Position numbers and translations under genes: made by a program | Notes under the pieces: generated by a model | Seen by the model: the letters and a program-made list of their open reading frames with translations, nothing else | Databases searched by the model: none | Told to the model about the DNA's origin: nothing | In this document: positions 23,667 to 36,166 of the stretch, piece by piece | How the letters are laid out: each line of letters starts with the position of its first letter | How positions within the stretch are numbered: the first letter of the stretch is position 1 | Origin: Veleropilina oligotropha | Lineage: Eukaryota | Direction: 5' to 3' | DNA: 43,111 nucleotides | NCBI GenBank assembly: GCA_048128005.1 | Contig: JBEUKZ010000136.1 | Coordinates: 1-43,111, forward strand

Positions 23667-23925
23667 GAGGAGGAATTATGCTTAATGTCCTGTATATTTA
23701 CAACATCGAGGTTCAAGGCAGGACATGTCCGTGTTATCGCGGGAGGAAACCCCGGTCGCCCGGGTAAACCCGCCCTCTTCGGCCAGTCACGGACAACTGT
23801 GCTTCATAACTTGAACAAATGTGTGCTGCCTCAGCCGGGGGTCGATCCCACTACTGTTCGCGTCAGCGGAAACAAGCCAGTGAACTTAGAGTGGACACTC
23901 TACCCACTGCGCTACCGAAGCGGCC
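23667..23925 (-). mobile_element. Full-length tRNA-derived SINE with a Meta/V-like central domain and 12-bp TSD
   Basis: TSD TCATTCATAGAG at 23655-23666 and 23926-23937. Head GGCCGCTTCGGTAGCGCAGTGGGTAG (A box), B-box-like GGGATCGACCCC, central gggtttacccgggcgaccggggtttcctccc, and a (TCC)n tail. Confidence 0.9.
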
Positions 23926-24624
23926 TCATTCATAGAGAGTGAGCCGATTTATAAATGAAAACTGTTTGCTTGGTCGCTAAATATAAATTCATCTTTATAT
24001 AGGACACCATGTTCATAGCTAATTATGCATTCCTTCTTGTAGTGACACTCGTGTCTTAACGCTGATTCAATATACGCGACACCGACATTTGGTTAAGTCT
24101 CAAATTGTGTATATATGGCATATTGTCTGCACACAAACGTCACTGCATTATGGAGTCATCACCTTCAAATACAGCACATCGTGTTTGTGAACATGAAATT
24201 CATTGAACTAACAAATGAACCAACAAAACGTAATCAACCGATATGAAATAAGAAGATTCAAACTCAATGAGTTGCAATAAATTTTGAAAACCTTTGTAAG
24301 CTAACAATCCTGATAGTATAGAAATAGCGAGAAGTATTGATTTGTTTATACAAGAAATATCTAAAATAAACCCTCAAAACACTGGGTCTTTGTGCGAATT
24401 TCTATTATGGAATAAGCCGTATATTCAAAGAATTTAGCATTAGTCAATAAGTTAAAAAGCCGCGGGTACATTATTTGTTGAATTATTTTTTATTTATATG
24501 ATGCACTGTATTGATATTATGTTTTCAACATAAAATGCATTCTACAAGTCGCTACATTTCCGTAAAACACGTAACGACAAGATCAGTAACATATCAAACT
24601 TTTGATTTCTGTTTAATAATGTAT

Positions 24625-24800
24625 TGGATTGGATCGATGCTTATAATGTCCTGAATATTTACAACCATCAGGTTCAAAGCAGGACGTGTCGTCCATATTA
24701 TCACGGAAGAAAGCCCGAGAAAACCCGCTCTCTCCGACCAGTTACGGACAACTGTGATTCATAACTGACAAATAATGCCAACATACAATGAATCGAAAGC
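24625..24800 (-). mobile_element. 5'-truncated SINE copy
   Basis: gatgcttataatgtcctgaatatttacaaccatcaggttcaaagcaggac...ggacaactgtgattcataactg. Confidence 0.8.
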
Positions 24801-27730
24801 CAGCAAAACTACTGCGACCGTATAACAAAACCATATTTTCAATATTGTACTTCCCCTTACACGTAACACAATTATGTTGCGAACAGAAAATGCTTGTTAA
24901 TAAGCACGCCATAATTGCATGTCAAGATTAACTTTGTTCGCACATTTTCACACCATATCAGACAATTTTTTTCAGATGTCTCGACCGTCTTTTGTCAGCC
25001 CAAGGCGGCTGTGGTGCTGAGACTTGACAGGTCATTGAGAAAATCTCTTACATAAAATCTTATATGTTTATATTGCATTATACGGGAGTATAGCATGCAT
25101 ACATTCAAGTACAAACAGTAATCTTAAAATGACATTGCGTCACGGCTTTAAATGTCAAATAACTTTGTACTCAACAGTTTCTAATTTGTTCTCAAAGATA
25201 AGATATTTAAGATAGCGAGTGACGAACTTCAAATAAAATACGTGGTAAGGCTCGGCCTCATTTTATTCGTAGTTTAAGTGTTATGTTTCACTCATTCAAT
25301 CACTCCCTTTAGATCTAGTTTCTTTATAGGTGTCTGGAGCCCCATTGAGTAGAAAAGATAATACAGTTCATCATTAAGGAAGATAAGACGCCCAATGTCG
25401 CCGTTTCAGTATACTCAGCGCCATCAAAATAAATTTAAAAATAGAATAAGTGCTACGTAAAATATGGGTTTGACATTTATTAAAAACTTAAAATTAGTTA
25501 TAATCCTAACCGAACGTCATCATTTTCTTTGCAAATAGAAAAATATTAATCGAGTAAGCACATTACTTCATAGCGCGGAATTTTGAAATTCACCAAAGGC
25601 TAATATTTATGACTATATCCAGGTGTGGCGACAAGTCTGCCAAGAGTTTCTGATCCACTGAGATCAGTGGTGTAGTTGTTCTTGACATGCATGCTAACCT
25701 GGATCAACGATCCTCCTATGTCAATGAGCTAATAATATGAAATAATCTCACAGCATCAATTAGGCTTCCAGAAACAGCTTCTATATTAGGAAAAAGATTA
25801 AATCTTTGAAGACCACGCCAACATTTTTCAATTATAAATCGAAATATGAAGAGTATGTTTTGGAGAGTCAGTCCGTCATTCTTGGTTTTAAGTTTATCAC
25901 CTGTCCTATAGAAATGCTAGCATTGCACATGATGCGACTATTTTTGCATTATCATTAAATAATACACATGAAACCGGTCTAATTATTGCAATTGGCTACG
26001 TATATATGTGTGTCTGCATGTTTTTATGTTATGTCCAATCGCATAACTCGAAAATTATTGACCCGATTTATAGTGTATCCCTGGCTCTGTCATCCATGAA
26101 GATGGTCCGGATCGTGATCCAGATTGTATGACGAAATTTCTGGTTTACGGATTTAGGGCTGTATCGTTAAAACGCTCTGTCGTAAAAACTTCAAATTAGG
26201 CTCAAAATGTTGTTTACTTCAAGGGACGATGTCGTGATTCATTAACATCACCCAAGGTGGCCGCCAGGGAATTTAAAATTATAAAAATAGGACATAATTT
26301 TTAATTTCGCCAATTCACAATGCAATTCGTCGTTCTAACGAAATTGTATTGATATCAGGAAAAATATTTTGAAAAATAGTTTGAAATGTACCCTTTATAA
26401 GCTTTTTTGAAATCACACAAATTAAAATTCAACTAGGGCCGTAAATCGGTACTCAATGGCACCAAACATCTCAAATTTTAAAATTGGCAGTGTTATACAT
26501 TATCTACAACTAAATCGATTTATTTTGTGTTCGATAAATTTAGTCTTTTTTGCTTCGAAGTTAAATAATCGAGAGGTTTCGATATTTCAAATAAAGGTTT
26601 ATTTACATAAAATATAGACATAGAGATCGATAAGCAAGAATATAATGTACCATTCCTGTAAATTTCATGCAAATCTTTGCAGTAAGTATTGATTTCTTGT
26701 GTGTTAAGTAAATCCTATTGTCGACTTCGGCGAATATTGCAAAATCTCACAATACAGATTAAAGCTTTTAGGCTTAATCGCAGTAAGATTTCGCGAGAAG
26801 TCCTGTGTGGCGAAGTGGTATCAGCGTTGGCATAAGAATCTGGCATTTCTTTTTGATTTTATGTGAAAGAGGCGAGGGATTTGCGATCAGTTACGTATGC
26901 ATGTCCGTATGTATGTCCATTCGCATAACTCGAAAACTATTGATCCAATTTACAAGGTATGGTTTATCCCTGGCTCGGTCCTCCTCGAAGATGGTCCGGA
27001 TTGTGATCCGGGTTCGAATTTTATGATGCAATATCCGGTTTACATGTTTTCGGCTGTAGCGTTAAATCGCTTCATCGTACAAACATCAAAATAGGCTCAA
27101 ACTGTTCTTTAGATCAGGGCCTAATGACAGCATGAATTATATAGAATCTATCTCACACAAGATGGCCGCCAGGGGGATTTTAAAAATAGGGGGTCAATTT
27201 GTAATTTTGCCAAATCGAATTAAATTATGTAAATTCGTTATGCAAATCATAGTCATGATGAAATGATATTGATATCAGCAAAAATATTTAGAAAATAATG
27301 TGAAATGTGAACTTTATAAGCATTTTAGAAATCAACCACCGCAAATTGCAAATAAATGCCGTAAATATATAACCACTGAAACCAGACCCCTCAAATTTTA
27401 CCAAGTGACAGAGTGGGACATTATCTACAACTCTTATCGATATACTTTGTGTTTGAGCGAATTTGTAGCAATAATTTTTGTTCCGAAGTCATAATCGTCG
27501 AGAGTTGAGATATTTGTGATAGCTCTTTAAATAATGCTAACGCCGCAATATAATTTACACCATTAAGCAAGGTTACCGTAATCTATCTTTCTTGAAAATT
27601 TCAGGTATATCGCTTTAGTAACTATTGAGTTATTGCGAGTTCAGTATTGTCAACTTCGGCAAAATTTGCAAATAATAAAAATGTAACCAAATATAAATAG
27701 CCTAAATTAGCCGTAGAAATTCGAATGTGT

Positions 27731-27799
27731 GTATGGTGCAAAAGGTTAAGACGTTGGCGAAAGATCTAGAGGTCAGGGGTTCGATTCCCGTCACCTCCA
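27731..27799 (+). other. tRNA-like (Pol III A/B box) remnant embedded in the repeat unit
   Basis: TGGTGCAAAAGGTTAAG (A-box-like) and GGTTCGATTCCC (B box). There is no good acceptor or anticodon stem. A truncated counterpart lies at ~26805-26845. Confidence 0.6.
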
Positions 27800-27899
27800 A
27801 AATATTTTTTTATTTTTATTTAAATTTTGTTCTTCCTTATATTTTTTATGTCTTGACCTTTTTGTAAAAAAGGACAAGACATTATCAAATGGTCCGTGT

Positions 27900-27938
27900 G
27901 TATATACATATATACTTATATACTTATATACTTATATA

Positions 27939-28001
<63 letters not shown>
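27900..28001. repeat. (TATACTTA)n/(TA)n microsatellite
   Basis: Direct reading of the sequence. Confidence 0.95.
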
Positions 28002-28006
<5 letters not shown>

Positions 28007-29552
28007 GATTTATTTGAAAACTACCCGCTCAATTTTCACCAAAATTGGTACACACATTCCCAAGAGTATTTGTAGGTCGTGTATATAACTTTCGCGACAC
28101 AATTTTGCAAAAATATGCATTTATTGAGCACTTTTATCCATATTTGTATATAACGGATGTCTAATATTGCAAGCAAATGGCAATGACGTCATTACGACGT
28201 CGCCTTAGATTAATCGTCATTTGGTGACGTCACATTCGACGGGGTAGTATATTAAGCCATGAAGTACTTGCACTTAGCCATTGTATTAACTGTTATGAAA
28301 ATTTGAGGGAAATAAAGAAAGGTCAAGACATATTTCGAACGCGTCGTTCTTGTTATAATTTGTGATTACATTTTATGATTGTAATTCATGTTTAGAAATA
28401 TTGATCGTAGACATTTCTTCCTTGGCCCCGTGGCGAGCGTTTGCAATCTTCTCTGATTGCTCTTGTTTTCGTAATGTATTTTGTAGCCCTGTTGCTCCCC
28501 CTCTAATATTATCCGGGTTGGAATTAGAATCCGGATATTAAGACGTACTATGCGGTTTCTTTATCTTTGATGTAATGAGAAAATTATTGGTCATATATAT
28601 TTCAGCGTTCACCATTATGTTCCGGGACGAGGGTTTGTAATCTTCTCGGATTGCCCTTGTTTTACATGAAACACAGTGTTTAGTTGTATTATCGGACAAT
28701 TGTTTAAAATATTTGGTTTGGATTAAAGGGTTTTTTGTTTCCTTGTGACAAACCATATTATGTGATTTTGGTAAAGGATCTAGGTCATACTAAATGGCTG
28801 TCGGTGCCAGGGCATTTCATCGATTTTAAATTTTCTATCTTGTGCGTCATGAGTATTTTAAAATAGGGTTTATCAAATTTTCGGTTTACTTTTAAATCTG
28901 AAAACAATGAATATGTTCTGTGTGTTTGTGCTATGAAGCTATTCAAAGCAAACTTCGCGGTGTTTCAATGTCGAACAACTCTGCGAATAACTCGTATGTA
29001 TGATAATCTCCATGTTGATGCCGGCGGATATGCACGCCGGATCAATCTTGTGCTCCTGGGGAAGTGTAATATTATTTTCACCGTCTTTGTTTCATACATC
29101 ATATATAGTAATACTTATATAAGATAAATGAATTATTTATACAGCCAATTTAAAATTTGAGTTCCATATCAGTATGAATTTTCCCCGAGTATCGTCAACC
29201 AAACAAATGACATGATATATATATCAGTAAACCTTAAATGACGTTTGCAAGAACAAAACGTGTTGTTTTCACTACACCATATTGCAGAATGGTTATACAA
29301 AACCATCAAACGTTAAGAAGCTGCATATGAACGCAAATATACCATTTTTATCATGTAAGTAGTGCATAATCGGATCCAATGAATTGATATCAAAGCAACA
29401 AAAGTAGATGTGAATTGTACAGAATGTTTTTTATTCAAATCATATATATATATATATATATATATATCGTAATCAGAGGCTAGGGAACAGTTGTATGGAT
29501 ATGAATAAAATTGACAACATTTAATGAGCACAACAATTATTAGTTATTTTAA

Positions 29553-29773
29553 AGGTGCACCTGTACGGATCCGTGGTGAGGAAATTGACAGCCCCTACTT
29601 TTTCTCGATCGAGGTTGTAACCTATTTACGAGCGGTACTGCTCGGTTCAACCACAACATCAAATGTCGCGACTCTTATCGCATAGAGAATGGGTTTTATA
29701 AATACGTACAGCGTCGACCGAGAATAAGTGTGAGCTTGTCACTTTTTTCCGTGAAGATTCATGCAAGTGCGTT
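29553..29773. mobile_element. Old TTAA-flanked MITE (Kolobok-like)
   Basis: ttaa-aggtgcacctgtacggatc...actttttctcgatcga pairs imperfectly with tcgaccgagaataagt...gattcatgcaagtgcgtt-ttaa over ~60 bp. Confidence 0.55.
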
Positions 29774-30574
29774 TTAAAATATTGCAAATAGTGTGAGACT
29801 TGAACTTACTTGGTACGTCGATTTCGTCGGTGTGCATTGCGCCGCTTGACAGAAACCCTGCTTGGTGGATAATCCGCTTTGTTCACAATATAATTAATTA
29901 TGACTTTTTTCATCTATTTCAGTTCAAAACGCGTCCCTTATGGCAAAAAGTATATGGAAGTGACACTATTCTGAAGTAATCTTACTGTATAAACTTTATG
30001 ACACCTGATCCGTAAATTATAGATTTTGTTTCCTTGTCCGGGGAACTTCTACCATACGCACTTTCCTGAATCTCTCTCTTTACTAACAGCTGCTCAATAA
30101 AGGAACAAAGTCGTACACACTGGTGATCTCTGTGCATGTAGCGAGTGACGACATTGGATCGGATTTAAAGTGGTAAATATTTACACGGCACGCCATATTT
30201 GAACGATTCAGCCGAGGCCTATTACCTGGAATTTTTGCGGGATGCTTTGCTATATCGATGCAGCGCCGCGCGGTAGTGGGATCTTGACTCTGAAAAGCAT
30301 GCAGGAATTGTGCGTTGTCTTAAGTTCATCTTAGCTGCATGCGTGTTGACAAAGTGCAAATTGGGAAGGAAACTTTTGAAAGGCCAATTTTGACACGTGT
30401 TTGTCACCTTAGCTTGCCTAATGTGCTGCAATATAGCATTATGTATAGATTCCTATCCGTGCACTAAATAAATATGGCATTTCATGAAAGTCAATGTATG
30501 CATATGCAAGCACACATGGCATTACAACATGTACGTCGACAATTCCTATAGATGCTGCAATAGCTTACTTTCGT

Positions 30575-30810
30575 CTTTTAGCCTCACCGGTGGATTCAAA
30601 TTCACTCGTCTGACTTCGCTCATTAACAGGGGTAGGTTCGAATCACCGGCTATGGATTTTCTTCAATCAACAGTCATACCTGTCCGGTGATGACGTCATA
30701 ATTTGCCGGGGATAACGGGTTTACGCTGGTCATCGGGCTTTTCTCCCGAGATACTATGAGCCCCGAAGAGTGCTAAATAATGTGAGAGTAACCATCGGCC
30801 CAGACCAGAA
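30575..30810 (+). mobile_element. Degenerate tRNA SINE
   Basis: B-box GGTTCGAATC near 30636 and central gggtttacgctggtcatcgggcttttctccc. Confidence 0.55.
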
Positions 30811-31487
30811 CACAAATAACATTTTATAGAAATTGCATTGGATATCCACACTAAAATGTATATGTATGCTCATGCAAATTAAACGTATATATTATTAGGT
30901 ACAGTGTACGTGTAGATACAAATGTGTTCGCCTTTCTTTATATATAATTATACATTAAATTCAGGATACCTATAGATTTCGCGATAATATCAATGATTTG
31001 TGTATGTCTCCTCTCGTTATCGAGGTCCGTTTCCTCGATTTTTGTTGTTTCGCTGTATATTTTCAATTTTTACACAACAATGTCGTTTGCGAAAGCATTG
31101 GGCCTACCGTTCAAATTAGCGCAAACTTTATTGAGGGCTCACGTGGTCCTTTTGATTTCTATTGTAGATGGCGGCCCTGTATGCAAAAAGGACGGGTTTA
31201 ACGACGTTTGAAATGGTGCATGGAAGTTTCACATCGCTCAGCGCCTAGTTAACTTTTGTTACATATCCCTGGATTTTCTCATTAAAACGCCACCTACATT
31301 GCACTCGTCTGCTCTGATAAATACCTAAATCCGGGTTTGCATATTGTCATATAACCGACATATTGTTCAAAAGTGGTCGCTAAACTTCAAAATCTTCCAA
31401 GCATCCTATCTAATACATCTCAATGGGTGGCAACAAAGAGGAAGCTGGTGATAATATTATCAAAATGGAATATACATATGGCACACA

Positions 31488-32260
31488 TATACTGAAACAA
31501 TAAAGTTTAGGAATTTGGAATTAAACGCCAAAAATGTCGAAGTAAAAAAAACACGCGTACCTACCTTTTACTTTCCAAAATGTAATAATACACAGCCGAT
31601 TTTAAAGACATTGGGGCTAGTCACAAAAATCACAAATATGTCAATATCGAGTATACCCTTCATTAACAGTTAAGCAGATTGGCAACTTTCCTCAAGCTGG
31701 TAATCATCTTTTGACCAGCTTGCATGGATATTCGTTCGCGTTCTTCATTCAGAACGTGTTCCAGATTAAATATCTTAGGTTGTTGACATCATCACGGGCT
31801 CTTATGTTACGCGCAAGCCACATAACTATTCAAATGGTGAAAGATCGGGCATTCGTACAGGATAATAAAGATCGGGCATTCGTACAGGATAATAAAGATC
31901 GGGCATTCGTACAGGATAATAAAGATCGGGCATTCGTACAGGATAATCAAATATAGTATGGGACGTAATGCAAGAGCCCGTGATGATGTCAACAATGTGA
32001 GATATGGAACACATTCTGCATGAATATTGGCAGCGAATAATATCCATGCAAGAAGGTTGGAAAGGTGATTACTAGCTTGATGAAAAGATGCAATCTGTAT
32101 TAAATGTTAATGGAGAACATACTATATATAGACATGTTTGTGACTACCCCTATGTCTTTAAAAGATGGTGCTTGTGGTAGTACTCTTTGATTACTTACTT
32201 TTCCAAAAAAGCAATGAACGCCATCTCTCAAGTTCCAAAACTTTATTTTTTTAGCATATA
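31488..32260. mobile_element. Tc1/mariner-type foldback MITE with long degenerate TIRs
   Basis: TA-flanked ends tatactgaaacaataaagtttaggaa / ttccaaaactttattttttttagcatata-like. Inner matches: tttaaagacattggggctagtcacaaa / tttgtgactacccctatgtctttaaa, and gttgacatcatcacgggctctt / aagagcccgtgatgatgtcaac. Confidence 0.75.
31840..31947. repeat. Four perfect copies of a 27-bp unit in the MITE loop
   Basis: (aaagatcgggcattcgtacaggataat) x4. Confidence 0.95.
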
Positions 32261-32564
32261 TTGCTGTTACGGCGATCTGCTGCAAGTGATTCCCCCTTTT
32301 TAGTGCATGCAACACATTTATGTGCTGGCAGGATCTCAGCAGCGTATTAAATAGGAATTCTGTGAAGAAGGTTAATGTCTACCTACTTCAGAACGTAACT
32401 TCTTTCATAGAAGCCACCGGTGTTTCCTAATGGTTGTACCAGTGAATAATGCACATGGACACCGCCGTTGTCGAAATGATTATCCACCAACAAGGTGCGT
32501 TCGAGACCGGCTCATATAGGCTGTATGTCAGATTATGTGTCAGATAACGTGTTTCGTCGTTTAC

Positions 32565-32625
32565 CTGCAGCGACTAATAGCAACTGTGTCAGGTCATCGC
32601 CAAAGTGTAGAATCTGTTGTGACAT
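32565..32625 (-). CDS. Candidate first coding exon MSQQILHFGDDLTQLLLVAA of the CBM14-TM gene
   Basis: ATG at 32625 with an in-frame TAG just upstream, and a phase-1 donor G|gtaaac at 32565. Joining it to 10349 gives signal-peptide-like QLLLVAAVLKTCLSIA. This needs a ~22-kb intron, so it is tentative. Confidence 0.45.
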
Positions 32626-33449
32626 ACCCTACAAGTGCCCTCACCAGACTCCCACTTCACCCTGGCACCCCATAAACTTAGGTATCGAAAGACGGTATCG
32701 ATTTATCAGTAGACGTATCTCGCACTTCTTACGTAATCACTAACATGTGTTCGTTAGGGTATCCGTTGTGCAGAAACTCTTCACAAAAGGAAAAGCAATC
32801 TCTACTGTAAACACTTAAAAAATGTCTGTCCGTCTTTACCGCGCCGAAAGTAATTTCACTTTTTTCGCAAAGGTTAGACGGTTGACATTGAGACAAACTT
32901 ACTCACGTAACAGCAGCTTAAACTGTGAGAGTAATTACACGACTGAATTGTCATGCATCTGCGAAGCTAAAGTGGTTTCCGATCCCTCAAACCATCTGAT
33001 AACATGGTTAATTTACGGAGACAATGATATTCATTGACATTGAATTTGTATCACATCATTGTATATAAATATGTACTACATAAAACGGATTGTACTAATA
33101 GTAAACAACAGAACGTCCCTGCGAATTATAAATTTGTTGCAAATCATCCATATAATAATACTGTCGTAGATAATAATTCAGTTTTATTAAGTTAGTACTG
33201 CCATCAATCACAAATTGTAGGTTATAGTTTTATATGAAACTTGGCTTTCCGCTTGAGACGAAAACTACTTATAGATGAAAGATATAATCTTCTTACCTTG
33301 AATAGACAAGATAAATTTGGACGTGGAGTTGAATTCATTGTTGATATTGCCCTAACCTACCCACAGGGAATCTATATACTAGGTCCACTACCTCATATTT
33401 TGCATAAACGACATGAGCAATATACCATAAAACATCAGACATATTGTTT

Positions 33450-35332
33450 TCAGACGATACCAATATATTTGATGTTTAAAGACCATATACTTCGTCCCAG
33501 ATTGTCCCATAAGTGCTGTATAGGAGACAAATCTGGGGACAATGCTGGCCAGGGAAGCACCGAAATATTATGCAGATGCATGAAGTCACTGCATGCACAT
33601 ACGTGCTGTGTGACACATGGCGTTGTCTTGCTGCAAGGTCGTCGCTCGACTGTTATCGATGAGAAATGGCAAAACAACAGGCCCTTGGATCTCGTCAACA
33701 TAACGCTGTCCCGTAAAGCCCCTTTCCCATATACACGATTTTTGTTACGGTGGAGCACGATTTTTAAATCGCAAATGTTCGTGGTCAATCGTGGTCCAAC
33801 GTAGCGCCACATAGTGAATCGTGGTGGCACCGTGGAGAACCACGATTTTTTTGGAATATTCCAAAAAATCTTGATCTACCGTAGCTTACCGTAGTTGTGA
33901 AAACAATCGTGGACCACCGCAGCAGCCTCGTATGAGAGTCTTAACGTTATCGTGGTATGTTATGACGGCGTCTTGTTCATTCGTAGTGGCCACAACAACT
34001 ACGGAAAGCGAAGACTTTGTTACGGTGCCAGTACGATGGTACTGCGACCTAGCACGAATTGAACAAGATGCCAGCAAGACTGCACCAAGAACGTATTTTG
34101 TATCACGTGACTCTTGTTGAACGCGGGGAAGTTAAATTTGTTGTTTTTGAACATGGTGAAGATGAAGTAATACGAAGAATTATGACGACAACATCCGAAT
34201 ACCTCTAAATTCAGCCATTGCGCGTATTTTTCGTCATGTGATTAATTAAATCGTACAGGCATCTTATTAAATCGTACTGACGTCGTACTGGCATCTTGTG
34301 AAACCGTACTGATGCCGTAGTACAATCTTGACATTTCGTAGTACGCCGTGACAAATATTGACGATATCGTAACTCTACCGTAATAATTCGAAAGACTAAC
34401 TTGACACTACAGTACAACATCTTGGCGTCGTCTTGGTAGCGTCTTGACGAGACGTGGAATTATTCGATTGTCCTTGAACGTTTGAGTACGAATTGCTACG
34501 GTGCATCAAGATTTTTAATCATTTAAAAATCGTGCTCTACCGTAACAAAAATCGTGCATGTGGAAAAGTATCTTAAGATTACCATGTATGAATACCAGAA
34601 GGGTACGATGGTAAAACAAAATTCCACACAGACCATGAAAGTCCCGCCCCACACAGATTTAAACTGACGTATAGTGACGTCTAAAACATTTTCACCTCGA
34701 TGTCGGTAAATGAGCTCATGTCCGTCTCCAAAAATCAAGCATAACCGAGATTCGTCGATAAACAGTATACACCTCTCCACTGAACTCGGTTTAAACGTAG
34801 ATGACGTCGTGTAAGTACTGGTCCACGGTACATACGACGGGCTCGAATTCTGAGCTCTGCCAGACGGTTACGCACTGTCTGTATACTTAATCTGCTGTTT
34901 TCAACTGTTCCATAAAATTTTATGTGGTAACGTCTAACAAGATTGGAGATAACCAAATGGGGGCCGCCAAAATGTTCAGCGACGTAAATCTGAGGTACAC
35001 CATATTCAATCATTCAAATTGCACGTAGTCATTGTTTTTGATCGACTCTTGGCATTTTCACAGAGTTGACAAAGCTTGGATGTTTTTGCAACAATCTGGG
35101 TTCATCTGATAACAAAACAGTGGCCTTTACATGTGTGGACTTCTTGGGATACCCGTGCAAAACGAGATGACCTAATTACATAACCGAGGACCGTAAAAAC
35201 GTGCGGATTTTGGCAACGCACTAATGCCGAACGATTAACACAACAAACTCGACAACCTTTTCCCGATATGAGTCATAACTCGGCGAATATCATAACATGT
35301 GTAATGTATTGAATCTTTTTTTGGTTCAGTAT
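33450..35332 (-). mobile_element. Second Tc1-like element relic, split by a MITE
   Basis: Terminus-like ttttttggttcagta-ta near 35330. Degenerate transposase from ATG 35055: HTH, VRNRLAELRIRARR, LFIDESR, GNLTGQRYVDEI, QQDNA, WPALSPDLSPIQHLWD. Confidence 0.85.
33717..34573. mobile_element. PIF/Harbinger-type non-autonomous element
   Basis: ~53-bp TIRs (cacgatttttgttacggtggagcacgatttttaaat / atttaaaaatcgtgctctaccgtaacaaaaatcgtg) and 3-bp TSD TAA at 33714-33716 and 34574-34576. Confidence 0.85.
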
Positions 35333-36166
35333 AATATGCATAGAGATAAGAATGGACCAAATGATTTACAGGTAAACTAATAGTCAATGCAAATTTAGAT
35401 TTTAATTAAGAAAGCAATAAAAACATTAAAATTTAAAGCAATGAACAAACGGTTCAGAAAAGCAAGTTTTATAATGAAAACAAAGTATAAAATTTAGCCA
35501 TAAAACAAATTTCTAAATAAAAATATATGGTTTATAACATGTTAAAATAAGTTGAACTCTTTTAAAAACATGAATATAACTTCGAGCTCAGAATCATTTA
35601 ATAACCCTTGGAGTGAATTTGCCCTAACTGCTCTTGACGTGCGAGTTTCAAATCAACACAATTCAATAATACATTTAATGATGAAGACAGTTGCACAAAG
35701 AATACAATCAGGTGGTGTACGAGTGAGTTGAATGGAAAGTAAGTACGAATGAGTTAAGTAAGTACGAGTGAGTTGAATGGAAATACCCAATTCGCTGTCT
35801 AGGTAAGGACCACCCAATTCCATCCCTAAAATTGCTATTATTAACCCAATCTATTCTAAAATTCTAGTTTTAACCCGGGGAAAAATAAAACCAATCTGGA
35901 ATTTTCACTATTGATAGGAATGTTAGTCTAAAATAACATATCTAAATCCTCTTAAAATCGATTTGAAAAAAAAAGTTATGAGCATGTCAGAAACTGGTAG
36001 TTTTTCAGATATTTCAATCAGATTTTGAAATGTGTTGACACAGTTACATGATAAATACTGCGATAATTGTGATGTTAGGAACTTTTTAAGTATCAAGTGC
36101 GTACATTCATACCATTATAAATTTCTGAATGTCGAAAATATCAAAAAACATATTTTCTTAAATGGC

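Larger units (their letters stand above)
25985..28469 (+). mobile_element. Helentron-type composite: two diverged ~880-bp direct units plus a terminal hairpin
   Basis: cgcataactcgaaaa...gaagatggtccggat recurs at ~26040 and ~26922, with colinear similarity onward. The 3' end is gtggcgagcgttt plus gcaatc-ttctct-gattgc plus tcttgtt. Confidence 0.65.

Noticed and set aside
27731..27799. Functional tRNA gene
   Set aside because: It has A/B boxes, but the acceptor and anticodon stems do not pair, and it sits inside a repeat unit.
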